Assembly (NCBI GenBank): GCA_963796955.1
Contig: CAWCNJ010000004.1
Location: forward strand, 256,001 to 320,000
Direction of reading: 5' to 3'
Source: Endomicrobiales bacterium
GTDB taxonomy: Bacteria > Elusimicrobiota > Endomicrobiia > Endomicrobiales > JALOBY01
Length of the DNA stretch: 64,000 bases
The position numbers and the translations under genes were made by a program. The notes under the pieces were generated by a model that saw nothing but the letters and a program-made list of their open reading frames with translations, had not been told where the DNA came from and did not search any database. Shown one piece after another: positions 40,901 through 50,075 of this stretch; position 1 is the first letter of the stretch, and every line of letters starts with the position of its first letter.

Positions 40901-41146
40901 GGATCGGAAACAAGAGCGCCTATGGCCATAGTCATCATCGGCGGCGTAACGCTCTCGACTCTTTTGACATTATTCGTGGTGCCATGTGCTTACAGCCTGC
41001 TTTCAGGGTTGGAAAGCCGCACGCACCAGAAAGATGTGCATGACGCTATCGCTGAGCTTGATAGCGAAAAGACAGCAGCCGGTCTTGACATGCCGGCCCT
41101 GGAATTGCAAAATAATGCGGTAAGCGTGCCTAAGGAGACCCTATGA
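37958..41146 (+). CDS. RND efflux transporter permease (AcrB/MdtB family)
   Basis: LPDVDFP, GIVVDDAI, VKKNSILLVDF, RLRPILMT. Confidence 0.96.
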   Translation: MSLSDNAIKNPVFAWMLLVGMVVFGFIAFWRLGLSQLPDVDFPVLNVLATWEGAAPEVMETEITDPIEEAVLGVQGVQEITSSSKQGISNITIQFNMNVNVDVALQEVQSKISTAQRNMPKDMDLPIITKTNPEDSPIMWITLSGTREPRELMTYSRDVLKDQFSTVPGVGEITLGGYLEPNLRVWLDAEKMHSKELTVDDVTNAINSEHSEVPAGYIDSGPRESNIRVAGEASTVQEFGSLIIPARKGTPLWKTFRIRDVASVEDGLEDVRRISRVAGNPSVSIGIRKQRGTNSVEIAKAVKKKIVEMQKFLPKGMVLEVRFDTTRFIEASMKDMYFVLILSIVLTGLVCWLFLGSLSSAFNIFLTIPMSLCGTFFVIYIMGFTINTFTLLGLSLVVGIVVDDAIMMLENIARHRENGEPRVKAAIMGAREITFAAVAASAAILAIFIPVIFMSGVIGKFFYQFGVTISVAVAISLLGALTLTPMFCSQFLKVGHAERGIGAWMDKFMDALRDRYALMLAWCLKYRWLVIVGSFSVFAASLLIYTKVNKEFVPPQDQSMLMVSITAKTGSALDYTSEVYKKAEAILATRNELAGFFSVIGGDDVSTGRLLITLKDLEARPINPKTGKHITQQEFMPVLRKLLKGVPGATKVVVQDPSLMGLSAKRGFPIEFTVSGPDWDKLAELSTTVGEEMGKTGLMTDVDTDYNMGPPEIRVVPDRTKASERAVSVDNIANTINAMIGGLKVGKFTKNGHRNDIRLQLVAKDRSEKSAIGKLWVHNSRGELVRLSDVVTIVEKPALLSITRDNRQRAIRMFANVAPGKSQSDAMKACEDVGKKMLPEGYKLVFSGSAQSFKDSFADLGLVMILGIFVAYMVLGTQFNSFVHPFTVLLALPFSVSGAFMALALTGHSLNIYSAIGLILLMGLVKKNSILLVDFTNQRRAEGLSVTDALLQACPVRLRPILMTSVATVAAAVPPAVAVGLGSETRAPMAIVIIGGVTLSTLLTLFVVPCAYSLLSGLESRTHQKDVHDAIAELDSEKTAAGLDMPALELQNNAVSVPKETL

Positions 41147-41679
41147 TAAAAAGAATGTGGCTTGCGTTCGGTGTTGCCGCCTTGATACTGACTTCCTCAT
41201 TACTATCGTCTTACGGTGAATTACCTGTCCTGAAAGATGCCATGGACCTCGCGCGCGATAAAAAATATGACCAGGCTATTGAGAAGGTTCAGACGGCTAT
41301 TGTCACGGCGACCCCTGAGCAGTGTAAAGAGTGCCGTTTAACGCTCGGACTGCTGTATTATAAATCGGGCCGCTATGATAATTCTCTCAACGAGTTTAAG
41401 GCCATCGTCGCACAGGACGAGAAGAATGTTATGGCATGGTTCTATATGGGCTATATCTACGAACAACTGGGCATGCGTGAAAATGGTGCGCAGCCAATAA
41501 AAGACACAACTCGCAAGGCTCTTGAATGCTGGAAGAAGGTTGTCTCTTATGCCAGTGATACCTCTGCCGTACAGGCAATACATCATAAAATAGATCCTAA
41601 GGAGTTGATCCAGCGGGCTCATAAACATATAAAGCTGCTGTCAGAGGGGCTGTCGGAGGGAATTAACGATGATAAATAA
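41143..41679 (+). CDS. exported TPR-repeat protein
   Basis: signal peptide; LGLLYYKSGRYD and AWFYMGYIY TPR motifs. Confidence 0.75.
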   Translation: MIKRMWLAFGVAALILTSSLLSSYGELPVLKDAMDLARDKKYDQAIEKVQTAIVTATPEQCKECRLTLGLLYYKSGRYDNSLNEFKAIVAQDEKNVMAWFYMGYIYEQLGMRENGAQPIKDTTRKALECWKKVVSYASDTSAVQAIHHKIDPKELIQRAHKHIKLLSEGLSEGINDDK

Positions 41680-42253
41680 CATAAAACTCATAGGGGCCGC
41701 TCTTCTTGCAGGCGTGTTGCTCGCGTCATGCGCTACACAATCGGTCGTGCTAAAACCGAATTACGATTTCTCAAAGATCAAGAAGGTGGCTGTGCTGGAA
41801 TTCAGGGATGCGCCGTATGTCCCGAATTCAGGCGCCATGGTCTCTCAATTATTCATAAAACATTTGCTGAGCGCGGGCTATAATGTCATCGAGCGTGACG
41901 AATTGCAGGCCCTGTTAAGAGAACGCCAAATGACGATGCAGGGCATTATCGAGAGCCCCAGCGAAGCCAAGGAGTTCGGTAAGATATCCGGTATCGATGC
42001 CTTTGTGGTAGGTTCCATTACCCAATGCGTGCCGCCTCAGGATATTTTTGAAGGCGGCGGCATGACCAGATACATCGCTTCTCAGGTCGGGATGGTATGC
42101 CGCATGGTCAGTGTGGATACCGGCGAGATCCTTTGGGCGGGCTCAGATACGTACGATTCCATGAATATGCAGACGGCGTTTGATTACCTGATCTATTCAT
42201 TGGTGCATGAGCTGGTTTCTGACATAAGGGAAGCAACGCCAGCGGTTAAATAG
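41669..42253 (+). CDS. lipoprotein, CsgG/LpoB/GNA1162-like fold
   Basis: lipobox LASC; KVAVLEF, YNVIER, VDTGEILW. Confidence 0.72.
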   Translation: MINNIKLIGAALLAGVLLASCATQSVVLKPNYDFSKIKKVAVLEFRDAPYVPNSGAMVSQLFIKHLLSAGYNVIERDELQALLRERQMTMQGIIESPSEAKEFGKISGIDAFVVGSITQCVPPQDIFEGGGMTRYIASQVGMVCRMVSVDTGEILWAGSDTYDSMNMQTAFDYLIYSLVHELVSDIREATPAVK

Positions 42254-42262
42254 CCTGAAGAC

Positions 42263-42317
42263 AAAAAATATGACGGCCGCGTATACCTGGGGGAGAAGTA
42301 CCGTTTGGCCGTCATAT
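42263..42317 (-). terminator. intrinsic terminator of the spy-like gene with a large C-rich loop
   Basis: 11-bp stem atatgacggcc/ggccgtcatat then a U-tract on the minus strand. Confidence 0.75.
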
Positions 42318-42338
42318 ATTTGTAGCAAATTTTAAAGT

Positions 42339-42800
42339 TTATTTATCTTTATCTTCGTCGCCGTGCCTGTGTTCCTTCATTTTCTTTTCCATCTTCTCGG
42401 CACGCTCCTTCTGCAATGTATCGAATTTAGCCGCCTGGTCCGGTGTAAGGATGGCTTTTATCTTCGCATCCTGCGCATCCATTCTGGCCTTCATATCGGC
42501 GCGCATCTTTTCCATCTCGGCCTTTCTTTCCTCACGTTTCTTGTCCATCTCCGGCTTCATGGCCGCCGCGTCTTCTTTCAAGATCGTTTCCAGCTTTGTT
42601 TTCTGCTCAGCCGTCAGGTCAAGCTTCTTTGAAAGGTTCTCAACCCTTTTGGCCTGCCAGTTCTCAGCTTTGTCATCCTTGTCTTTGCTATCGCCGTAAC
42701 AGGCGCAATCCTTGCCGCACTGCTTGTCGCCCGCCACTGCCACACCGCAGACCTGAGCCGCCAACGCACACGCAAACCCCAATACTAGCGCCTTTTTCAT
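42339..42800 (-). CDS. Spy/CpxP-family periplasmic chaperone
   Basis: signal peptide, two LTxxQ motifs (LTAEQ, LTPDQ); GGAGG SD before ATG 42800. Confidence 0.8.
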   Translation of the reverse strand: MKKALVLGFACALAAQVCGVAVAGDKQCGKDCACYGDSKDKDDKAENWQAKRVENLSKKLDLTAEQKTKLETILKEDAAAMKPEMDKKREERKAEMEKMRADMKARMDAQDAKIKAILTPDQAAKFDTLQKERAEKMEKKMKEHRHGDEDKDK

Positions 42801-42839
42801 GGACAACCTCCTATGGTATTTCCGGCTTCCTTCTATTGG

Positions 42840-42869
42840 TTAGACATCCGGGGCCTTGAAAAGGTTTCA
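42840..42869 (-). promoter_or_regulatory. ECF-sigma promoter candidate 2 (spy-like gene)
   Basis: TGAAAC-N17-TGTCTAA on the minus strand. Confidence 0.8.
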
Positions 42870-42978
42870 ATATAACTATATCCCGCCGCGTTAAATTAGT
42901 ATAATACTTACTAGGATTATCGCAAGTTATTTTTATATTATTAATTGCTGAAATCGTAAAAACGCTGACATTAAGGCC

Positions 42979-44166
42979 ATGACCAACAACAAAAATTTCT
43001 TTTATATCTCTATCATCGGTTTCTTTGGTATCTTTTCGACTACCATATCCAAGAACCCGGTTCTACCGTTGTTCGTTCATGCGATGAACGGCAGCGACTC
43101 ATTGCTTGGGATCATATCCGCGATCTCGCCTTTTGCCGGCATCTGCCTGAGCTTTCCGGTCGGATATTATTCCGACATCCTCGGGCGAAGAAAATTACTG
43201 TTGATCTCAGCATCCTTTTTTCTTGTGATACCGTTATTGTATCTGGTGATCAACAGCCCCGCCTGGCTGATACCGATCCGTTTCCTTCACGGTTTTGCGA
43301 CCGCGATCCTCAATCCCGTCGGTCTTGCGATAATCATGGCGGGCTACCCCGACAGCAAGGGCGTCAAACTGGGCACCTATTCTTCTATCACGCTTGTCGG
43401 CCGTACTATCGCGCCCGCGCTCGGCGGTTACATCATAGGGAACTGTTTCGCCTTTGGAGGCCTGTGGAATTATAAACTTGTTTACGCCGCCGCCTTCATA
43501 GCAGCACTGCCGGTTATCGCGGGAGCCATCCTTTATAAAGATCCGCCCGCAAAAGTCGAAATGAAGAAGCCGACGTTCAGCGGATTGCGTACCTCATTCA
43601 AGGAGGTCTTCGCCGACCTTCGCCTGCTTTCCACGGGCGTGGCAGAACTTGCCACCTATTTCGCATTCGGTGTTACAGAGACATTCGTCCCTGTCTACGC
43701 CATGCATCTCGGCATAAGCGCCGCCAAGATCGGCATAATCTTTTCACTGCAAATATTGTCCATCGCCATAACCAAGCCTTTCTTCGGCAAACTCGCCGAC
43801 CGCATAGATAAACGCGTGCAGATACTCGCGGGCCTTGCCTTCCTGGGAGTATCCATCGGTATATTGCCCTACTTCAATAACTATTACGCCCTTACGGTAG
43901 TCAGCGTTCTATTTGGTGTAGGGATGTCATTTTGCACGGTAGCCACCACAACCTACGCCGCCGAAACCGCCAAAAAAGAAACGCTGGGCGCCGCCGTCGG
44001 CGCACTCAGCTCCATAATGGACATAGGCCACTCCAGCGGCCCCTTCATCGCCGGCATCGTGATCACCGCCCTGAGCCTGAAAGCCGGCTTCCTGACCTGC
44101 GCTGTTCTGTGCGCCGTTGCCTTTGCATTCTTTTTGTCATCAAATTTGACAAGACAATACAAATAG
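42979..44166 (+). CDS. MFS transporter
   Basis: ~12 TM; GYYSDILGRRK and GKLADRIDKR motif A. Confidence 0.92.
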   Translation: MTNNKNFFYISIIGFFGIFSTTISKNPVLPLFVHAMNGSDSLLGIISAISPFAGICLSFPVGYYSDILGRRKLLLISASFFLVIPLLYLVINSPAWLIPIRFLHGFATAILNPVGLAIIMAGYPDSKGVKLGTYSSITLVGRTIAPALGGYIIGNCFAFGGLWNYKLVYAAAFIAALPVIAGAILYKDPPAKVEMKKPTFSGLRTSFKEVFADLRLLSTGVAELATYFAFGVTETFVPVYAMHLGISAAKIGIIFSLQILSIAITKPFFGKLADRIDKRVQILAGLAFLGVSIGILPYFNNYYALTVVSVLFGVGMSFCTVATTTYAAETAKKETLGAAVGALSSIMDIGHSSGPFIAGIVITALSLKAGFLTCAVLCAVAFAFFLSSNLTRQYK

Positions 44167-44206
44167 AGTAGTTTATGTGTGTAGATCGAAGTTTGCAGAA
44201 GGGAAA

Positions 44207-44899
44207 ATGAAACGATACAGTATATTTTTCATGTTGATGATCGCAGCCGTTTGCGCACGGGCGGATGTGGTGCGCAAGGTTACGGTAAATGATAATACCG
44301 GTGTTACCGCGGTATACTATAACGGGGATGTTGAATGTGCCCGCGAGGTGTTCGATAAAGACAGCAACCTGGTACGGCGTACCGGCTCTATCCCGGACGG
44401 AGTGGTAAAACAATTTGCGCCGAACGGAACGTTGGTTGGCGAATTCAATTACAAGAACGACCGGAAAAACGGGTCGGTTAAGAAGTTCTCTGAAGGTGGA
44501 AGGCTCCGGCAGGAAATGTCTTACAAGGCCGGCCGCAAGAGCGGTGCTACCAAAGATTATTTTAATAACGGTAATCTCAGCCAGGAATCGATGTATGAGA
44601 ACGGTAAATTGAACGGTGTTACAAAAGTATATACAGCCGACGGAAAATTATTTGAGGAAATTACGTACGCCAATGATGTGCGCGAAGGTCTCTGCACCAC
44701 CTTTTTTGAAAGCGGCCGGCCGGGCGAGGTTTCACTGTACAAGGCCGGGAAAAAAGACGGCATAACAAAAGTCTATTTCGACACTGAACTCCAGCAGCTG
44801 CAATACGCATATACCTATCATGACGGCGAACTGATAAAGACCGTAGAATACAATCCTGATGGTACGCTGAAAGCCGCCCCCGGCATTCCTGCCAGGTAA
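44207..44899 (+). CDS. exported MORN-variant repeat (YwqK-like) protein
   Basis: signal peptide; repeated YKNDRKNG/YENGKLNG units. Confidence 0.8.
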   Translation: MKRYSIFFMLMIAAVCARADVVRKVTVNDNTGVTAVYYNGDVECAREVFDKDSNLVRRTGSIPDGVVKQFAPNGTLVGEFNYKNDRKNGSVKKFSEGGRLRQEMSYKAGRKSGATKDYFNNGNLSQESMYENGKLNGVTKVYTADGKLFEEITYANDVREGLCTTFFESGRPGEVSLYKAGKKDGITKVYFDTELQQLQYAYTYHDGELIKTVEYNPDGTLKAAPGIPAR

Positions 44900-44922
44900 C
44901 CTGCCGAAACTAGGAATAAACC

Positions 44923-45222
44923 TTGAAAAAACCAGAAACATGCACTACTATTGAAGAAGTTCGCGAACAGATAGACGCGCTGGACGAACAAATAATCGGC
45001 CTGATAGGCAAGCGCGGTGAGTATGTGAAGGCCGCCTCAAGGTTCAAATCTGACGAGGCCGCAGTTCGCGCCCCGGAAAGGGTGCGGGCGTTGCTCCAAT
45101 CGCGCAAGGGGATGGCAGCGCGCGCAGGTCTTGATCCGGATGTGATAGCGAATGTGTACAGATTACTGGTCGACTATTTTATAGACGAAGAGCTGCATCA
45201 CTGGAAGCAGGAGGAAAAGTAG
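44923..45222 (+). CDS. chorismate mutase / isochorismate-pyruvate lyase (PchB-like)
   Basis: VREQIDALD, VRAPER. Confidence 0.82.
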   Translation: MKKPETCTTIEEVREQIDALDEQIIGLIGKRGEYVKAASRFKSDEAAVRAPERVRALLQSRKGMAARAGLDPDVIANVYRLLVDYFIDEELHHWKQEEK

Positions 45223-45699
45223 ATGGAAGGAACAACGGTTGTATTAGAGACGAACCAGGGTATCATTGAAGTGAAGCTTATGCCCGATGTCGCGCCGAAG
45301 GCCAGCGAGAATTTTGAAAAGCTCGCCGCCAAGGGCTATTATAACGGTATTATTTTTCACCGTGTAATAAAAAAATTCATGATCCAGGGCGGGGACCCTA
45401 CCGGCACAGGTACCGGCGGTAAATCGATCTGGGGAAAGCCTTTCAAAGACGAGTTCGTTGAAGACGTGGGTTTTGACCGTCCGGGCCTGCTTGCCATGGC
45501 CAATTCCGGTCCGGGCACCAACGGCAGCCAGTTCTTTATCACCACGCACGAAACACCGTGGCTTAACAACCATCACACCATCTTCGGCGTTGTTACCGAG
45601 GGTATGGATGTGGTGCACAAAATAGAGAACGCGGAGACCGGTTTTAACGACGATCCTCTGGAAGAGCAGAAAATTATTAAAGCGTACGTAAAAAAATAA
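45223..45699 (+). CDS. cyclophilin-type peptidyl-prolyl isomerase
   Basis: FHRVIKKFMIQGGDP, AMANSGPGTNGSQFFIT. Confidence 0.96.
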   Translation: MEGTTVVLETNQGIIEVKLMPDVAPKASENFEKLAAKGYYNGIIFHRVIKKFMIQGGDPTGTGTGGKSIWGKPFKDEFVEDVGFDRPGLLAMANSGPGTNGSQFFITTHETPWLNNHHTIFGVVTEGMDVVHKIENAETGFNDDPLEEQKIIKAYVKK

Positions 45700-45711
45700 G
45701 CCGCAACAATT

Positions 45712-46590
45712 ATGCTTGAATACAGAGGAACGGTTATCAGGCCGCCGAGCGAGGCGGAGAGCGTTATAATCCAGGTAACACTGGGCTGTTCCGACAACGG
45801 GTGCGTTTTCTGCCCGGCATTCAAAGAAAAGACATTCTCAATTAAACCTGTTGAACGTATCGAACAGGATATAAAGACCGCCGCGCGATGGTATCCCGCC
45901 GCACGGCGGCTTTTCTTTGCCGACGGGGATGCTCTTATCCTGCCCCAGCATCACCTAGTCCGCGCGCTGGAAGTGGCGCAGCAGTACTTTCCAAAGCTTG
46001 CCAGGGTAGGTATCTATGGCTCCATTAAAAGCGTTGAACGTAAAACTATTCATGAATTGCAAAAGCTTAAAAGCCTGAAACTGGGAATAATATATCTTGG
46101 TTTTGAGACCGGCTCGGATGAAGTGTATCAGCGGATCGGGAAATACGGTTCGCCCCAGGGAAATGTTGACGCCTGCAGAAAAGTAAAAGAAGCCGGCATT
46201 CGCACCAATGTTTCAGTGATCCTCGGTCTGGGGGGGAAGGAGTTAACTTCTCAAAACGCGGAGTATACCGGCCGGATGCTGAACCTGGCCGGTCCTGATC
46301 AGATAGCCGCCTTAACGCTGATGATAGCGCCGAACACGCCGCTATTTGAGCAACGCGCCGCGGGTTCGTTCGTTGAGATGGATGAATTCGCCATGCTTCA
46401 AGAGCTGCGCAGCCTGATACTGCACATGAACGATTTTCGCTGCCAATTCTTCGCTAACCACGCTTCTAACTACTACCCGATAGCCGCACGATTCCCTGCT
46501 GATAAACCCGCTGTGTTGAACGTGCTCGCCGATATTATCGGGCGCAGGGACCAGTCGCGGCTGCGCCCGGATAACATACGGGCGCTGTAA
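45712..46590 (+). CDS. radical SAM protein
   Basis: IRPPSEA, CSDNGCVFC (CxxxCxxC), NHASNY. Confidence 0.9.
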   Translation: MLEYRGTVIRPPSEAESVIIQVTLGCSDNGCVFCPAFKEKTFSIKPVERIEQDIKTAARWYPAARRLFFADGDALILPQHHLVRALEVAQQYFPKLARVGIYGSIKSVERKTIHELQKLKSLKLGIIYLGFETGSDEVYQRIGKYGSPQGNVDACRKVKEAGIRTNVSVILGLGGKELTSQNAEYTGRMLNLAGPDQIAALTLMIAPNTPLFEQRAAGSFVEMDEFAMLQELRSLILHMNDFRCQFFANHASNYYPIAARFPADKPAVLNVLADIIGRRDQSRLRPDNIRAL

Positions 46591-46595
46591 TGCTT

Positions 46596-48725
46596 TCAAT
46601 CCTTTAATTCTTCCACCTGTATGGTCGTTCCCTGCATTAAAACATGCTGCGCCGCATTGTTGGTGCTGATTATGCGATACCCCGCAGCAATGGGCAGTTT
46701 CTTCTTACCCGTGGACGCGATAACCAGCGTAGGCTGCACCGATAATAGAAAATCATCATCAAGTGCGACCTTCCCATGGGCCGGCAGGGTCATTATATCG
46801 CACTTCAGTCCGGAAGCCGCCAAAACAGCCAGTCCCTTCTGGGCTCTTTTGCTTATATCGCCGCAAAACAGCATTGAACCTTGCGGTGTTGTTATACTGG
46901 TCGTCAAAGAAGTTCGCTCTCTCTTACCTGAAACCTCAGTTACCTGCCATATTTTTACCGTGATGCTGTCTTCGCCGATCTCATAATACGCGGCTGGCCG
47001 AACGATCTTTGTTTTGCCGTTCGTATCTATCTTGATGCCGTTCGGCAGTATCGCCCGTCGAGGCGAGAAATTGTCGATCACTTTCAACAACCCGCCCGTG
47101 CGGTCATGGCCGGTGCCTGTTACGATAACGGTATCCAGGCCTGCGATGCCCTTATGCCACAAATATTCGCTGACCGCATCTTCCTTAGCCATCCTGCCCC
47201 CAAGGCCGGCATCTATAAGCCAGTACGTGCCGTTCGGCATGGAAAGCACCATAGCATCGGCGCTGCCAAGGCGGAGCGCGGCTATCTCAACCGCCTGCTG
47301 CTGTTTTGCCATGGGCAAATGGTTCCCCAGTAAGCCGAATGCTGCAAGCATCATCCCCAGGGAACCGGCGATCCAGCGGATCCTTACTTTGCTGTGAAAA
47401 ATTCCCCACAGCGCGATATAATAGCCTGTTAAAGTCAATGGTGAGGGCGTTGGTACGCGGATCGATGAATGCGGCAGGCCTGCGAAAAAAATAACGATAG
47501 CGTTTTGGATGTGCACCAGCCAGTAATTAACAAAAGTTGAAAGGGGTAAAAGCACCGGCGCTATCTTAAATACACCGTAATGCACTATTCCGGTTATGGT
47601 GATTATTCCTGCAAGCGGTACTACCAGCAGGTTGCAAAATATCCCGGCTATAGATATGCGGTTGAAAGTATAGGCTATTATCGGGCTGACAGCCAGCTGG
47701 GAAGAAATGGTAACGGCTGCTACCTCCACGATGCTTAAAGGTATCGTGGGCAAGCGGGAGAATGGCTTTATGATCGGTCTGTAAAAATACAAGATGCCTG
47801 CGGTAGCGCCGTAAGAAAGCAGGAAGCTCGGCGTAAATATAGACTGCGGGTTGATATATATCACCACCAGTACTGAGGCAGCCATCGCGTTATATACCTC
47901 GCTTTCTCTCTCCAGCGACATGGCGATAACGATCATAATAGCCATAATGCTTGCGCGCACTACCGGAGGATTGGCTCCTGTAGCGAGTGTATAAAGGATA
48001 ATAAAAGGTATGGTAAGTAGTTGCGCTGTTTTCAGAGGCATGTTAAAAACTTTGAAGATAAACACTATGACAAGTATCACGTAGGCGACGTTCATGCCGC
48101 TGACGACCAGCAGGTGCGTTGTGCCTGAGTCGCGGTATGCCGATTTTATGTAATCTGTCAATTGCGAAGCGTCGCCGATGACCATGGGCGCAAGCACGGA
48201 GGCTTCCTGTTGAGGAAGTGTCGAATAATAACTGTCCGTAATGTCAAAGAACATTTTGTCGGCCCATCTGCGCAAGAAAGGCTGCGCAGTATGACCGCTT
48301 ATAACAGCTGAATTCGTATACATGCTGCCATAAATACCCTGGCGGCGAAGGTAGAGGTTGTAGTCGAAGCTGCCCGGGTTCTTCGGCACTTTAGGTTTTG
48401 TGATCCGGCCTCTAAGTTCTACTATGTCGCCCCGCTGAAGCTCCGGGTCTGCATGGAAAAGGGATATTATAAGTGCGCCTGTAACCGGCTTGCCGTCTAC
48501 CAGAGAGGCAGCGAGGGGAAATTGTGTCTTGTTGTTACGCAGCGAAGGAATGTCGTCGACTATCCCTGTTACCGTTACGTCGTCATGACTCGCGAAATTA
48601 GATACATCTCCGGTTTTTGGGGAAACAAAAAAACCGGCATGGTCCGCGATTATAATTCCCGCGCAGGCCATGCCGGCTATAAGTATTAGAAAGTATTGTC
48701 TTAAAAAACCGACAAAGCTTCTCAA
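46596..48725 (-). CDS. comEC: ComEC/Rec2 competence protein
   Basis: NPGSFDY, HLLVVSGMNV, PPVVRA, SFLLSY; C-terminal MBL-like domain; start uncertain. Confidence 0.9.
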   Translation of the reverse strand: MRSFVGFLRQYFLILIAGMACAGIIIADHAGFFVSPKTGDVSNFASHDDVTVTGIVDDIPSLRNNKTQFPLAASLVDGKPVTGALIISLFHADPELQRGDIVELRGRITKPKVPKNPGSFDYNLYLRRQGIYGSMYTNSAVISGHTAQPFLRRWADKMFFDITDSYYSTLPQQEASVLAPMVIGDASQLTDYIKSAYRDSGTTHLLVVSGMNVAYVILVIVFIFKVFNMPLKTAQLLTIPFIILYTLATGANPPVVRASIMAIMIVIAMSLERESEVYNAMAASVLVVIYINPQSIFTPSFLLSYGATAGILYFYRPIIKPFSRLPTIPLSIVEVAAVTISSQLAVSPIIAYTFNRISIAGIFCNLLVVPLAGIITITGIVHYGVFKIAPVLLPLSTFVNYWLVHIQNAIVIFFAGLPHSSIRVPTPSPLTLTGYYIALWGIFHSKVRIRWIAGSLGMMLAAFGLLGNHLPMAKQQQAVEIAALRLGSADAMVLSMPNGTYWLIDAGLGGRMAKEDAVSEYLWHKGIAGLDTVIVTGTGHDRTGGLLKVIDNFSPRRAILPNGIKIDTNGKTKIVRPAAYYEIGEDSITVKIWQVTEVSGKRERTSLTTSITTPQGSMLFCGDISKRAQKGLAVLAASGLKCDIMTLPAHGKVALDDDFLLSVQPTLVIASTGKKKLPIAAGYRIISTNNAAQHVLMQGTTIQVEELKD

Positions 48726-48735
48726 TGGTATCCCC

Positions 48736-48776
48736 AAAAAAATAGACGACGCACAGAGTGATCCGCGCGCCGTCTA
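48736..48776 (-). terminator. intrinsic terminator after rplA
   Basis: tagacggcgcgcgga-tcac-tctgtgcgtcgtcta-T7. Confidence 0.88.
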
Positions 48777-48791
48777 ATAGTATCGTAACAC

Positions 48792-48892
48792 AGCAAAGTC
48801 AATTTTGATCCGGATGCAAGGCGCGACGAGTGTAGTGTGCTAGTGCACATAAGCGAGAAGCAACGCAGCAGCCGGACAAAAGTGCCTTTGCT
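48792..48892. mobile_element. ~100-bp ERIC-like palindromic element (MITE-like)
   Basis: terminal IRs agcaaagtcaattttg/caaaagtgcctttgct (14/16), GCAAGGCG...CAACGCAGC core, central tgtgc-tagt-gcaca hairpin. Confidence 0.6.
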
Positions 48893-49574
48893 AAAATTCC
48901 TGCGATGGATCCAAGCGGATGCCGGGCCCCATTGTGGAGGACATGGAAACGCTCTTAACGTACTGTCCCTTGGAGGCGGCAGGTTTCGCTTTTATCAAAG
49001 TTTCCATAAGGGTCTTGGCGTTATCGCGCAGCTTGTCGGCGGTGAAAGATGCTTTGCCTATGGAGCAATGCACAATGCCGTAGCTGTCGCATTTATATTC
49101 GATACGGCCGAGTTTAAGTTCTTTTACTGCTTTGGCAACGTCAACGGTAACGGTACCGGCTTTAGGGTTCGGCATCAATCCCTTGGGACCAAGTACTTTA
49201 CCGAGCTTGGTAAGGTTCTTCATGGTGTCCGGCGTGGCCACAAGCACATCGAAATCAAGCCAGCCTTTGCTGATCTTTTCGATCAGGTCATCTGAACCGG
49301 CAACGGATGCGCCGGCAGCTTCCGCTTCTTTTATTTTGTCGCCGTTGGCGATAACCGCTACACGCAGGGTTTTTCCCGTGCCGTGCGGCAGGCTTACCGT
49401 ACCGCGCACCATCTGGTCGCTTTGTTTCGGGTCAACGCCCAGGCGGATATGCAATTCTATCGTTTCGTCGAACTTCGCCTTCGCGGTCTGCTTGACCAGG
49501 CCGACAGCATCGTTCAACACGTACAACTTCATTTTGTCTACCAGTTTTGCTGTTTCATTAAGTCTTTTGCTCAC
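48891..49574 (-). CDS. rplA: 50S ribosomal protein L1
   Basis: [30 protein letters not shown]. Confidence 0.98.
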   Translation of the reverse strand: MSKRLNETAKLVDKMKLYVLNDAVGLVKQTAKAKFDETIELHIRLGVDPKQSDQMVRGTVSLPHGTGKTLRVAVIANGDKIKEAEAAGASVAGSDDLIEKISKGWLDFDVLVATPDTMKNLTKLGKVLGPKGLMPNPKAGTVTVDVAKAVKELKLGRIEYKCDSYGIVHCSIGKASFTADKLRDNAKTLMETLIKAKPAASKGQYVKSVSMSSTMGPGIRLDPSQEF

Positions 49575-49588
49575 GTTAAATCCTCCGA

Positions 49589-49623
49589 GTGGTATTCGCG
49601 TCTCTATTTAAAGAGGCTCCCAC
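49589..49623 (-). promoter_or_regulatory. L1-binding mRNA site before rplA
   Basis: gtgggag-cctct-ttaaat-agag-acgcgaataccac. Confidence 0.7.
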
Positions 49624-49629
49624 TATATT

Positions 49630-50061
49630 TTATTTTACTACTTCAATGCCCATGCTGCGGGCGGTGCCTTCGACCATAAGTTTTGCGCCTTCGATATTAA
49701 CAGCGTTAAGGTCGGGCATCTTGGCCTTAGCTATTTCTTCAACCTGTTTGGCTGTTATCTTGCCGACCTTGTTCTTGTTCGGCTGGCCGGAAGCTTTGGC
49801 CACCGCGGCGGCTTTCTTAATAAGGGAGGCGACAGGGGGCATCTTTGTGATGAACGTGAACGATCTATCGTCGTAAACAGTGATAACGACCGGTATGGTC
49901 ATGCCCTGTTCAGACTTCGCCGTGCGGGCGTTGAACTGCTTACAGAAATCCATAATATTAACGCCCTGCTGGCCGAGCGCCGGACCCACTGGCGGGGCTG
50001 GGTTAGCCTGGCCTGCCGGGATCTGAAGCTTTAACATGCCTTTTACTTTTTTTGCTGCCAT
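49630..50061 (-). CDS. rplK: 50S ribosomal protein L11
   Basis: [26 protein letters not shown]. Confidence 0.98.
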   Translation of the reverse strand: MAAKKVKGMLKLQIPAGQANPAPPVGPALGQQGVNIMDFCKQFNARTAKSEQGMTIPVVITVYDDRSFTFITKMPPVASLIKKAAAVAKASGQPNKNKVGKITAKQVEEIAKAKMPDLNAVNIEGAKLMVEGTARSMGIEVVK

Positions 50062-50075
50062 TTTGGTTTCTCCTT

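Noticed and set aside
44207..44899. YwqK-like protein as part of a toxin-antitoxin pair
   Set aside because: No adjacent toxin; signal peptide plus MORN-variant repeats only
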